64,000 nt of DNA. It comes from Acidimicrobiales bacterium. GTDB lineage: Bacteria > Actinomycetota > Acidimicrobiia > Acidimicrobiales > Bog-793. Where the stretch lies: contig JBKQHU010000134.1 in assembly GCA_052148655.1 (NCBI GenBank), positions 1,442-65,441 of the forward strand, given 5' to 3'. The notes under the pieces were generated by a model, which had not been told where the DNA came from, did no database searches, and saw only the letters and a program-made list of their open reading frames with translations. Shown here one piece after another: positions 19,230 through 28,569 of this stretch (the stretch's first letter is position 1; every line of letters starts with the position of its first letter). The position numbers were made by a program, and so were the translations under genes.

Positions 19230-21308
19230 CTAGTGGTTCGGCGGCGAATGCTCACATTCTGGGTTGCCGGCCGGCCACTGGACCGACGCCGCCCGGGCCA
19301 ACCAAGCGAGGGCGTCGAGCCCTGCCTGCGCCTGTTTCGAGATGGAGGCATCTCTGAGCACCGCCAGCGAGGCGCCCACCGCGTCGAGGTCGCGAGCTGC
19401 CAGAGGAGCGGCGCCCGCCACGAGTGCGCCCAGCACGACGGCGTCGTCCGCCTCCGCCGGCCGCGCTCTCAGACTCGCCGTGAGCCAGCGCAACGCCACC
19501 AACGCGCTCGCGTCGCGCCGGCCGGTCACACGTGCGGCCCCGACGCGGGCGGCGACATCCGGGCCGGCCAGGGAAAGGGTCGTCTCGCGCCAGGTGTGGT
19601 CCCCGGCCAGGCGGCTGCGGGCGACGGCGCCGACGGCTCCGGTGCACTCGGCCTGGACCTCGACCACCGTGCGCCGGAGGGTGGGCGCGTGCTCGACGAC
19701 GACGGTGCCTGAGCTCCGCCCGGCCTCAGTCTCGACGTCCTCGGCGGTCAGTACCCAGGCGCCGCGCCGCATCGGGGAACGGGCCGATCCCGCCGCCAGC
19801 TCCAAGGCGAACCCGGCCGCGAGCGATCCGGCGTCGCTCCTTTGGGGCTCCACAAAGCGGGCCCACAGGTCGGCGCCGTCAAGTGACGGTTCGAGGTTCG
19901 TTCTCACGGCTTTGAGGCGCGCCAGGAACCCCTCGGAGGCATCGAAGCCGAGCACGCGTGCCGCGGTGTCGAGCACCACGGCAACGTGCCGCAGCGAGAG
20001 CAGGGTCTCGATCCCGCCCGGGTCGGCGAAGAACCAGGCGCAGCTGGTGAAGGCCGAGAGGAGATGGCTCCTGAGCTCGAGGAGCTCCAGGGCGCGCGTC
20101 GTCTCGGCTCTCGGCAGCAAGCGGCCGGCCCGTCTGGCGACGAACGCCTCGGCCGCCTCCGTCCCGGCGACCACTCCGCCGTATTCGACCAGCGCCTCGA
20201 GCGGGTCACCGACCAATGGCTCCAGGGCCTTCGCGACCGGTCCCGCCAGAGTCGCCCGCAGCCAGTCGAGCGCCTCGCGCAGGGGCCTGCGCCAGGACTG
20301 CCTCCAGCCCGCCTGTGAACCCGTCGTGCAGCCGCAGTCGCTGCGCCAGCGCTCGACGCCGTGCGCGCAGCTCCACGAAGAAGGCGTAACAAGCTCTACC
20401 TGCCAGGTCGGCGGATGGCCTGCGAGCCACGTGCCCAGGTTCGTGACCTCGACCTTCTCGTTGCGCAACTCGCGTGCCGCCCAGGCGAGGGCCATCTCGG
20501 CGAACTCGTGGTGGTGCCCGAAGGTCTCCCCGTCGGTGACGATGGCTATCAGCCCGTCGTCACCACTGGACGCCAGTGCGGTGCGGATGGCGCCCACGAG
20601 CGTGGCCCCGTCGTTCAGCAGGTCGCCGAACGCGAGCTCGCGCGACAACGGGCCGTGCCCGAACACGACCGTCATCGACTCTCCGCCGGGAAGCGACACG
20701 AGGTACGCCCGGCTCGGGTCGATCTTCTCGCCGCGGGCGTCGACCCACATCCCCCCGGGCGCACGCACGCGGCGCGCCTGTTGGGGCATGAGCAGTGTGT
20801 ATCTGATGCCGTGTCGGGCGAGGGCGGCAAGTGTGTCGAGGTCGACCGCGGTCTCGGGCAGCCACATCCCCTCGGGCGCGAAGCCGAAGCGGGCCTTGAA
20901 GTCCGCCATCCCCCAGGCGACGAGGACCTCGCGGTCCTCAGGCTGCGCGAGAGGCAGGATGGTGTGCACAGCCGGCGACGCGAGCGCGGCGCCGCTCGGT
21001 TGCCGGTCCGGTCCGCTCCCGGCGGCACGCACGACGGTGTCGACGTCGGGTGCGTTGGCCGCCAGCCAGCGGTGCAGCGTCCTCACGACGTCGAAGCTCG
21101 CCAGGGCGAAGTTGTCGCACGACTCGCTGAGCCGCTTGTCGGGTGCGAGCACGGCCGCGGCGGTGTTGGGCCGGTAGCACTCCGCCGTGATGCGCTGGTT
21201 CCAGTCGTGATAGGGGTAGGCGCTGGGCTCGGGGTTGACGAGGTCCAGCCAGGGGTCCGCCCGCTCGGGCTGGTAGCAGTGGAGATGGAAACAGACAGCG
21301 GGCGTCAT
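19230..21308 (-). CDS. Glycoside hydrolase family 57 protein with a DUF3536-type C-terminal region
   Basis: N-terminal CFHLHCYQPER...YHDWNQRITAECYRPN and PEGMWLPETAVD...TDGETFGHHH are GH57 catalytic-region motifs. A ~300-aa C-terminal extension follows. Confidence 0.8.
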   Translation of the reverse strand: MTPAVCFHLHCYQPERADPWLDLVNPEPSAYPYHDWNQRITAECYRPNTAAAVLAPDKRLSESCDNFALASFDVVRTLHRWLAANAPDVDTVVRAAGSGPDRQPSGAALASPAVHTILPLAQPEDREVLVAWGMADFKARFGFAPEGMWLPETAVDLDTLAALARHGIRYTLLMPQQARRVRAPGGMWVDARGEKIDPSRAYLVSLPGGESMTVVFGHGPLSRELAFGDLLNDGATLVGAIRTALASSGDDGLIAIVTDGETFGHHHEFAEMALAWAARELRNEKVEVTNLGTWLAGHPPTWQVELVTPSSWSCAHGVERWRSDCGCTTGSQAGWRQSWRRPLREALDWLRATLAGPVAKALEPLVGDPLEALVEYGGVVAGTEAAEAFVARRAGRLLPRAETTRALELLELRSHLLSAFTSCAWFFADPGGIETLLSLRHVAVVLDTAARVLGFDASEGFLARLKAVRTNLEPSLDGADLWARFVEPQRSDAGSLAAGFALELAAGSARSPMRRGAWVLTAEDVETEAGRSSGTVVVEHAPTLRRTVVEVQAECTGAVGAVARSRLAGDHTWRETTLSLAGPDVAARVGAARVTGRRDASALVALRWLTASLRARPAEADDAVVLGALVAGAAPLAARDLDAVGASLAVLRDASISKQAQAGLDALAWLARAASVQWPAGNPECEHSPPNH

Positions 21309-21314
21309 GGCCGC

Positions 21315-24300
21315 CTAGACCGTCGGCCGCAGTACCAGGACCGCGAGCGGCGGAAGCACGAGCAGGGCGCTCTGGTCGCGGCCGTGCCAGGGGGTTCCCG
21401 TCGTCTCGAACAAACCGGGCACGAGGTAGCCGCTGCCCCCGTACTCCGGTGCGTCGCTGTTGGCGAGCACCTCCCACCGGCCGGACTGTGCCATGCCCAC
21501 CCGGTAGTCGGGGCGCGGGACGGGCGTGAAATTGGCGACCACCACGAGCACGCCCCCGGTCCCGTCGCGGCGTTCGTAGCAGAGCACGCTCTGGGCACGG
21601 TCCTCGCAGTCGATCCAGGCGAAGCTCGCGTCGCCCAGGTCGTCGCGGTGCAGGCAGGGCTCGGACCGGTACAGCTCGTTCAGCTTGGACACCCAGGCCG
21701 AGACACCCTGGTGGGCGGGTGAGTCGAGCAGGTGCCAGTCGAGGCTTGCGTCGTGGTTCCACTCTGATCTCTGGGCGAACTCGCCACCCATGAACAAGAG
21801 CTTCTTGCCGGGCTGGGTGAACTGGTATCCGAACAGGAGCCGCAGGTTGGCGAACTTCTGCCACTCGTCTCCGGCCATGCGCCCGAGCAGGGAGCCCTTG
21901 GCGTGCACGACCTCGTCGTGCGACAGGGGAAGCACGAAGTGCTCGCTGTTGGCGTAGATGGACCGGAAGGTCAGCCTGTCGTGGTGCCAGGGCCGGTAGA
22001 CCGGGTTGTGCGACAGGTAGTCGAGAGTGTCGTGCATCCAGCCCATGTCCCACTTGTAGCTGAAGCCGAGGCCGCCGGCGTCGACAGGTCGGGAGACGCC
22101 GGGCCAGGCGGTGGACTCCTCCGCGACGGACATGATGTCCGGGAAGGACGCGAACAGCTCGGTGTTGCATTCCTGGAGCATCTCGATGGCTTCGAGGTTC
22201 TCGTTGCCTCCGAAGCGGTTGGGCACCCACTCGCCCGGTTGGCGGGAGTAGTCGAGGTAGAGCATCGAAGCCACCCCGTCCATCCGCAGCCCGTCCGCAT
22301 GGAACCGGTCGAGCCAGAAGCGAGCGCTCGAGATCAGGAAGCTCCGGACCTCGTTGCGACCGTAGTTGAAGATCCAGCTCTGCCAGTCAGGCTGTACCCG
22401 TTGGCGCGCGTCGGCGTGCTCGTACAGGTGCGTGCCGTCGAAATGCGCCAACGCGAAGGCGTCGGCGGGGAAGTGCGACGGCACCCAGTCGAGGATGACG
22501 CCGATGCCGGCACGGTGGAGGGTGTCGACGAACGCCGCGAAGTCGTCCGGAGAGCCGTACCGCGCCGTCGGGGCGAAGTAGCTCGTGACCTGGTAGCCCC
22601 ACGAGCCGTAGAAGGGATGCTCCATGATCGGGAGGATCTCGACGTGGGTGAAGCCGTGGCTGCGCACATACTCGATGAGCCGCGGGGCCAGCTCCGCGTA
22701 GGTGAGGAAGCGGTTGTGCTCCTCGGGCACGCGTCGCCACGAACCGAGGTGCACCTCGTAGGCCGACACCGGCTTGTCGAGGCGCTGTGCCCCGCCCCGG
22801 TCTCGCATCCACTCGCCGTCGAGCCACTCATGACGTGGTTCGAAGACGATGGAGGCGGTCTTCGGGGGCTCCTCGCCGGCGAACGCGAACGGGTCGGCCT
22901 TGTCGAATTCGCCGCCCCCAAGGCGTGACAGCAACCGGTACTTGTAACAGCTCCCGGTGGTGACGCCGGGGACAAAGCCCTCCCAGATCCCCGACTCGGC
23001 GTGCGGCACGAGGGGATGGCGGGCGCCGTTCCAACCGTTGAAGTCCCCGACCACGGCGACGCGCTCGGCGTTCGGGGCCCACACGGCGAAGAAGACCCCG
23101 CCGACACCCCCGACTGTCATCGGGTGGGCGCCGAGTTTCTCGTAGAGGCGGAAATGACGCCCTTCGTTGAACAGGTGGATGTCGACCGGGTCGAGCAGGC
23201 TGACACCCAGCACCGTCTCGACACCTGGCGCGAGGCGGTCGACCGAACCGGGCGGGACCCGCCCCCGGTTCTTGCGCAGCGGTGCGAGCGCTTCGTGCAC
23301 CGCCGTGTCCTCGGCGATCTGTTCCAGGGTGGCGTCGGTCAGGCGGATCCAGTTCGGCCGTTCGGTGGTCGTGCCGGGCAGGTTCACAGATTCCAGCTGG
23401 CCGACGAGGTCGTCCAGCTGGACGAGCACGAGCCCGGCCTCGCTGCGGGCCAGTTCGGTGTGGATGGCGGCGAGCGCCGAGGCGGGTGTGGCCGAGGGGT
23501 CGATCTCCTCGTCCCCGTCGGCACCGGGGGCGTCGTGACCGAGGATGGAGAGGCGCTTTCGCAGCTGCGCCCGTTCGGCCCGGGCCGCCTCGGCCGACGA
23601 AGCGTCCAGTTGGCCGCATTCCAGGCGCTCGTCGATGTCGAGCCCGTTCCACCAACCCGTGAGCGTGGGCAGGTCGTGGGTGGAGAACGAGGCGACTGAG
23701 CCGGCCGGCGGCGCCTCGAGCACCGGCTCGCCCTGAGCGCGGATGGCGAACTGGGCGACGTAGGAACGTCTGATGCCCTTGTCCTGCATCCCGCGGCGGA
23801 CCTTCTCGTCGACGGTGCCCAGGTCCTCGCCGATGATGTCGGCGTGATGGCGCTGGGCCTCGATCGAGACGACGGCGAGCAGCTCCTCGAAGGGCATCCT
23901 CACGTAGACGCCATGGCGGGGCTCGGCGCCGGCAGGGATCCAGAACAGCCTCTGCAGGCCCATTATGTGGTCGATGCGCAGCATCCCCGCCACGCGCAGG
24001 TGGTGCGCCAGCGCGGCGCGGAACTCCTCGTGACCGTCGGCCCGCAGTGCCTCCGGGCGGGTGGGGGGGAAGCCCCACGACTGGCCCTGGGAGAAGAAGG
24101 CGTCCGGCGGGGCGCCCACCGACATGCCGGTCGCGTACTGCTCGCGATGGCGCCAGACGTCGTAGCCGCAGGGATGGATGCCAACGGGAAGATCGAGGGC
24201 GAGGACCTGGCCGCGCTGTGACAGCCGCTCCGACAGCTCGGTCATCTGCTCCTGGGCGACCCACTGGGCATAGACGTGATAACGCTCGTTCACGGGGTCG

Positions 24301-25385
24301 ACGTCGCTCCAGCGGAGCAGGCCGGCCCGCAGCGGCCCGGGCCATGTGTGCCAGTCGATCCCGAAGCGGTCGACCGCGGCGCGAAAGCGCGCGTACTCGA
24401 CGAGGTCGGGGCGCTCGAACATGAAGTTGCGCAGCGCCGTCTCGCGTCCTATGCCCGATCGCCCCACGGCGGTCGCCATGGCGCTCAGCGCCGCCCGCTT
24501 GGCGGCGGTGACGGCGGCACCGTCCACGATCGCGCCCTTGACCCAGGCCGCCCGGCGTTCGGCCGTCAGCGGGCCCGAGCCGATGACGCGCGCCGCCGGT
24601 GACCAGGCGAACTCCGGCACACGCTCGACGTCGATCCAGCGCTCGTGCCAGAAGCGGCGGCTCACCGGCAGGTAGGGGCTCGCCTCGAACGGCTCGGGGC
24701 CGACGCCGGCGAGCAGGGGGAGCGTCGCGATCACGCTCGCCTGCTCCCGGGCGGCGAAGCGGGCGAACTCGTCGAGGTCGCTGAGGTCGCCCGAACCCCA
24801 GCTACGGGCCGAATGAAGCGAGAACAGCGGCGCCAGCATCCCAAAGGCGCGCCAGTCCTCTCCAAAGCGCCCCCGGGCGCCCGCGGCCGGCGCGACGACG
24901 AGTGTCGCCGTACCGACCCGGCCCCGCACGAGGACCGTGAAGCGGTGATAGCCGTACGGCAAGAGACCGGGCAGCGCCACGGTTCCCCGGTAGACGTCGC
25001 GACCGTCCAGTCGTTCGCGCTTCAACGCACCGAGCTCGTCGCGTGGCAGGCGCCACTCGACACGCTCACCGTCCTCGGACTCGATCGCGCACTCCAGATC
25101 AGTGTCCGCCTCGCGCAGGAAGACCGTGACGGCACCGGCGCAGGCGTCGTCGAGGACCGTCACCGGTTCCACGACCCCCTCTACCCGCGCGCCGCGCCGG
25201 CTCCGCAACAGCCGGGCCGCATCGCCGGCCCGGCTGATCGGCACCCCGAGCCCGCTCAGTACCGCCACCAGCACCTCGCCATCCGCCTCCCGCTCCACGC
25301 CGGTGGCGTCCACGTACTCGAGCACGATGCCCGCATCGGTGGCGAGGCTCCGTAGCGCGGTCGGGATCTGAGGGTTCGTCGCCAC
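21315..25385 (-). CDS. Fusion protein: 4-alpha-glucanotransferase (MalQ, GH77, long actinobacterial type) plus 1,4-alpha-glucan branching enzyme (GlgB, GH13, short form)
   Basis: - The frame is open from GTG 25385 to TAG 21315 (1356 codons).
- MalQ part: ALRSLATDAGIVLEYVDATG, SWGSGDLSDLDEFARF, NLPGTTTERPNW.
- GlgB part from about 23200: LFNEGRHFRLYEKLGAHP, VILDWVPSHF, DGLRMDGVASMLY, SVAEESTAWPG, LPLSHDEVVH.
- The ORF-track 1655-aa ORF extends further upstream only by overlapping glgP paralog 2. Confidence 0.85.
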   Translation of the reverse strand: MATNPQIPTALRSLATDAGIVLEYVDATGVEREADGEVLVAVLSGLGVPISRAGDAARLLRSRRGARVEGVVEPVTVLDDACAGAVTVFLREADTDLECAIESEDGERVEWRLPRDELGALKRERLDGRDVYRGTVALPGLLPYGYHRFTVLVRGRVGTATLVVAPAAGARGRFGEDWRAFGMLAPLFSLHSARSWGSGDLSDLDEFARFAAREQASVIATLPLLAGVGPEPFEASPYLPVSRRFWHERWIDVERVPEFAWSPAARVIGSGPLTAERRAAWVKGAIVDGAAVTAAKRAALSAMATAVGRSGIGRETALRNFMFERPDLVEYARFRAAVDRFGIDWHTWPGPLRAGLLRWSDVDPVNERYHVYAQWVAQEQMTELSERLSQRGQVLALDLPVGIHPCGYDVWRHREQYATGMSVGAPPDAFFSQGQSWGFPPTRPEALRADGHEEFRAALAHHLRVAGMLRIDHIMGLQRLFWIPAGAEPRHGVYVRMPFEELLAVVSIEAQRHHADIIGEDLGTVDEKVRRGMQDKGIRRSYVAQFAIRAQGEPVLEAPPAGSVASFSTHDLPTLTGWWNGLDIDERLECGQLDASSAEAARAERAQLRKRLSILGHDAPGADGDEEIDPSATPASALAAIHTELARSEAGLVLVQLDDLVGQLESVNLPGTTTERPNWIRLTDATLEQIAEDTAVHEALAPLRKNRGRVPPGSVDRLAPGVETVLGVSLLDPVDIHLFNEGRHFRLYEKLGAHPMTVGGVGGVFFAVWAPNAERVAVVGDFNGWNGARHPLVPHAESGIWEGFVPGVTTGSCYKYRLLSRLGGGEFDKADPFAFAGEEPPKTASIVFEPRHEWLDGEWMRDRGGAQRLDKPVSAYEVHLGSWRRVPEEHNRFLTYAELAPRLIEYVRSHGFTHVEILPIMEHPFYGSWGYQVTSYFAPTARYGSPDDFAAFVDTLHRAGIGVILDWVPSHFPADAFALAHFDGTHLYEHADARQRVQPDWQSWIFNYGRNEVRSFLISSARFWLDRFHADGLRMDGVASMLYLDYSRQPGEWVPNRFGGNENLEAIEMLQECNTELFASFPDIMSVAEESTAWPGVSRPVDAGGLGFSYKWDMGWMHDTLDYLSHNPVYRPWHHDRLTFRSIYANSEHFVLPLSHDEVVHAKGSLLGRMAGDEWQKFANLRLLFGYQFTQPGKKLLFMGGEFAQRSEWNHDASLDWHLLDSPAHQGVSAWVSKLNELYRSEPCLHRDDLGDASFAWIDCEDRAQSVLCYERRDGTGGVLVVVANFTPVPRPDYRVGMAQSGRWEVLANSDAPEYGGSGYLVPGLFETTGTPWHGRDQSALLVLPPLAVLVLRPTV

Positions 25386-25390
25386 GGCTG

Positions 25391-27970
25391 TCAGTCCGAC
25401 CAGGCGATCAGGCCGGGCACGTACGGATCGGCGAGCGCCGGGTGGCAGGGCAGGCACCGCGCCGCCAGGTAGGCATCGAGTCCGGCCTCGTGGGGGACCT
25501 GGGCGCGGTAATGGGCGACATGCTCGCGTCGGCCCTCGAAGCTGGTCGATACCGGGTAGGGCTCGCCGAGAGTCGGTGCGACCCAGAGCTGCACGGTGAC
25601 GTCCCGGGGTTCGAGCGAGCCGAGATCCGCCACGACGTCCGCCTGCACGGTGCCGCCCGGGCCGACGGTGGCGGACTCGACCAGGACGCGGATCGCGGGC
25701 CAGGCGCCTCGGAGGCGCTCGAGCGCGGAGGAGAGCTCGCGCGCCCGGGCTCCGCCCTGGGCCGCGAGCCAACGCTCCCGGCGCGCGCCCGGCAGGTAGA
25801 GGGTCTCGACGTAGTCGCGCACCATGCGGTGAGAGTCCCACGTCGGTGCCAGGCTCGCCATCGACTGACGGACCGAGGCCAACCAGGCGCGGGGCAGGCC
25901 GTGCGAGTCCCGGTCGTAAAAGCAGGGCACGATCTTGTGCTCGAGCGTGTCGTAGAGCGACTGGGCGTCGCCCGCGTCCTGCAGCTCGAAGTCCTCGTAA
26001 CGGCGCCTTCCCGTCCCGATGCACCAGCCGACGGGTGCCGCATCGGGGTCGGCGTCGTTCCAGGCCTCGTCCCACCAGCCGTCGAGCGTGCTGAAGTTCA
26101 AAGCGCCGTTCACCCCCGCCTTCATGCCCCCGATGCCGCACGCCTCGAGCGGTCGCCGCGGCGTGTTCAGCCACAGGTCGACGCCCTGGGAGAGGTTGCG
26201 GTCCATCGTTATGTCGAAGTCCTCGATGAACACGACCCGGTGCTCGAGATCGTGCCCGTGGGCGAAGTCGATGACCTCGCACAGCAGTTGCTTGCCGAAT
26301 TCGTCGCGGGGGTGGGCCTTGCCCCCGAAGATGATCTGCACGGGCCGGTCGGGGTCACCGAGGATCCGCGCCAGGCGTTCGGGATCGCGCAGGAACAGTG
26401 TCGGGCGCTTGTAAGCGACGAAGCGGCCGACGAAACCGATCGTGAGGGCGTGGGGGTCGAGGAGCGTCTCGGTGGCGGAAAGGCGTGTCTCATCGGCACC
26501 GCGTCGGGCGAGCTGCTCGTTGCGGCGGACGCGGGTGAACTCGATGAGGCGGGCTCGCGCCTGGCAGCGTGCTTGCCAGAGACCCTCGTCACCGGTGCCC
26601 GCAACGTGTTGCCACGTCGCCGGCGATCTCGGTGTCGTCTTCCAGCTCGAACCTATCTGCTTGTCGAACATCTCCTCGATCTCGTTGGAGATCCAGGAGG
26701 TGAAGTGAATGCCGTTGGTGACATGCCCGATCGGCACCTCGTTCAGGGGCAACCGCGGCCAGAGCCCCCCCCACTGGTCACGGGTCACCACGCCGTGCAG
26801 CCGGCTCACCCCGTTGCGGGCACCCGCGAGCCGCAGGGCGAGCACGGTCGGGCAGAACGAGTCGGACGGGTCCTCGGGCCTGTAGCGGCCCAGCGCTGAG
26901 AGGGTCTCGAGGTCGATCCCGAGCAGTGCCGCGTACGGCGCGAGGTAGCGGTTCGCCACAACGGCCGGGAAGTAGTCGTGCCCGGCGGCTACCGGGGTGT
27001 GAGTTGTGAACAGCATCCCGGGCGCGGCGACAACGCGGGCCGCGGCGAAGGAGAGCCCGTGGCGGGACATCGCCTGGTGGATGCGCTCCAGGGCGGCGAA
27101 GGCGGAGTGGCCCTCGTTCAGGTGCGCCATATCGGGCTCATGGCCGAGCGCGGCGAGGGCACGGACGCCGCCGATGCCCAGCACGAGCTCTTGTTGGATG
27201 CGGGTCTCCTGGTCGCCGCCGTAGAGCCGTCCCGTGATGCGGCGGTCACTGCGGCGGTTCGGCTTGAGGTCGGTGTCGAGGAGGTAGAGCCGGTTGCGCC
27301 CCACGAGAACTGTCCATACCTGGGCGACGACCTCGCGCCCCGGCAGGGGCACCTTGACCCGGACGGGCCGACCCGTGGCGTCGCGTGCGAACTCGATGGG
27401 AAGGCGCTCGAAGTCGAGGACCTCCCACGACTCCTGTTGCAGGCCGGCGTCGTCGAGCCACTGATGGGACGCCTCCCGGTAGAGCAGGCCCACCCCGACG
27501 ACTGCGACGCCGAGCGCGCTCGCCGACTTGAGGAACTCGCCGGCGACCGCACCGAGGCCGCCGGCGTACACGGGCAGCGAGTCCGTGAGGGCGAACTCCG
27601 TGGCGAAGAAGGCCACCTCGAAGGTGCGATCCTTACGGTGGGTCCGGGGGAACCAGGTCTTGGGGCGGCTCGCCTGGTAGGAGGTCGCGTCCTCGACGAC
27701 CCAGGCGGCTAGTGCCGCGAGATCCGGGTCGGAGGCGAGCCTCTGCTCCACAGCCGCGCGCCCGAGGCCGGTGAGCAGACGGCGCGGCCACTCGAGAGCC
27801 GACGGCTCAGCCGCGGGGGCGAGTCGCGCGAAAAGCTCCCGCGCGGGCCTCTGCCAGGTCCACCGCAGGTTTGTTGCCACGGCGAGGAGGTCCTCGTAAC
27901 CGACGACTTGTTGGCGTGACCTCTTCGGAGCTGACCGACGAGTCGTGATCTCACACCTCCTTGGCGTCAT
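25391..27970 (-). CDS. glgP: Alpha-glucan phosphorylase (GT35 family), paralog 2
   Basis: NLRWTWQRPAREL...FFATEFALTDSLPVYAGGLGAVAGE...HLNEGHSAFA...IIFGGKAHPRDEFGK...WLNTPRRPLEACGIGGMKAGVNG. Start is ATG 27970, or ATG 28033 per the ORF track. Confidence 0.9.
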   Translation of the reverse strand: MTPRRCEITTRRSAPKRSRQQVVGYEDLLAVATNLRWTWQRPARELFARLAPAAEPSALEWPRRLLTGLGRAAVEQRLASDPDLAALAAWVVEDATSYQASRPKTWFPRTHRKDRTFEVAFFATEFALTDSLPVYAGGLGAVAGEFLKSASALGVAVVGVGLLYREASHQWLDDAGLQQESWEVLDFERLPIEFARDATGRPVRVKVPLPGREVVAQVWTVLVGRNRLYLLDTDLKPNRRSDRRITGRLYGGDQETRIQQELVLGIGGVRALAALGHEPDMAHLNEGHSAFAALERIHQAMSRHGLSFAAARVVAAPGMLFTTHTPVAAGHDYFPAVVANRYLAPYAALLGIDLETLSALGRYRPEDPSDSFCPTVLALRLAGARNGVSRLHGVVTRDQWGGLWPRLPLNEVPIGHVTNGIHFTSWISNEIEEMFDKQIGSSWKTTPRSPATWQHVAGTGDEGLWQARCQARARLIEFTRVRRNEQLARRGADETRLSATETLLDPHALTIGFVGRFVAYKRPTLFLRDPERLARILGDPDRPVQIIFGGKAHPRDEFGKQLLCEVIDFAHGHDLEHRVVFIEDFDITMDRNLSQGVDLWLNTPRRPLEACGIGGMKAGVNGALNFSTLDGWWDEAWNDADPDAAPVGWCIGTGRRRYEDFELQDAGDAQSLYDTLEHKIVPCFYDRDSHGLPRAWLASVRQSMASLAPTWDSHRMVRDYVETLYLPGARRERWLAAQGGARARELSSALERLRGAWPAIRVLVESATVGPGGTVQADVVADLGSLEPRDVTVQLWVAPTLGEPYPVSTSFEGRREHVAHYRAQVPHEAGLDAYLAARCLPCHPALADPYVPGLIAWSD

Positions 27971-28164
27971 GATCGCGCGGGAGCACCTGTCCTGCTGGAT
28001 TATGGGCGATGCGGGCGGGAGCGCCGGCCGCATCGGAGAAGAGGGGGAACCTGGTCCCGCCCGGGGCGCTCGGCGACCGGACGCCAGAGCCCGTCACGAG
28101 ACAGGAGCCCAAGCTCCAGCGGCGGCCCGGTCGTTGCCCGGGGCGCCCGGCTCACCCGCAGCGA

Positions 28165-28419
28165 TCAGGGTCTTGCGAGCGACGACCGCCTGAGGGGCGG
28201 CAGCGTCGCCGGGGGCTGGCGGCGCGGCGGCAGCTCGGCCAGGAGCTGTGTCGTGGCGGCGGCTATGGACCGGACCGCCCTCTCGAAAGCCGGTTCGGTG
28301 GCGGGCGAAGCGAGCTTGACGCCACTGACCTTGCGTACGAACTGACGAGCGGCAGAGTCGATCTCCTCGGCACTGGCCTGAGGCTCCAGGCCGCGGAGAG
28401 TGGTGATGTTCCGGCACAT
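28165..28419 (-). CDS. DUF2277 family small protein
   Basis: MCRNITTLRGLEPQASAEEIDSAARQFVRKVSG...PPRRQPP matches my recollection of the conserved DUF2277 N-terminus (MCRNI..L...EP.A..EE). Confidence 0.7.
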   Translation of the reverse strand: MCRNITTLRGLEPQASAEEIDSAARQFVRKVSGVKLASPATEPAFERAVRSIAAATTQLLAELPPRRQPPATLPPLRRSSLARP

Positions 28420-28569
28420 GGGACCAGGTTAGACAGCCGGACAGAGCCCGGCGCCCGTGACCGGGCGCCGACTGGGCAAGTTCTATACCGGCACCCAGCA
28501 GAAACACAGGAAACCGGCCTAACCTCAACTCGGCGCAAGCCTCTGGGCGCGCCAAAAGGAGAGTCGCAA

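Noticed and set aside
25386-26282. N-terminal 299 codons of the 1655-aa ORF-track entry (which would make MalQ-GlgB even longer)
   Set aside because: This stretch overlaps the well-supported 3' end of glgP paralog 2 in another frame and is Arg/Pro-rich. The MalQ-like sequence begins exactly at GTG 25385, 4-5 nt after the glgP2 stop.
28009-28569. Long N-terminal extension of the FtsX-like permease ORF
   Set aside because: It overlaps the minus-strand DUF2277 gene and has no coding character. GTG 28570 has a good Shine-Dalgarno sequence and begins the conserved N-terminus.
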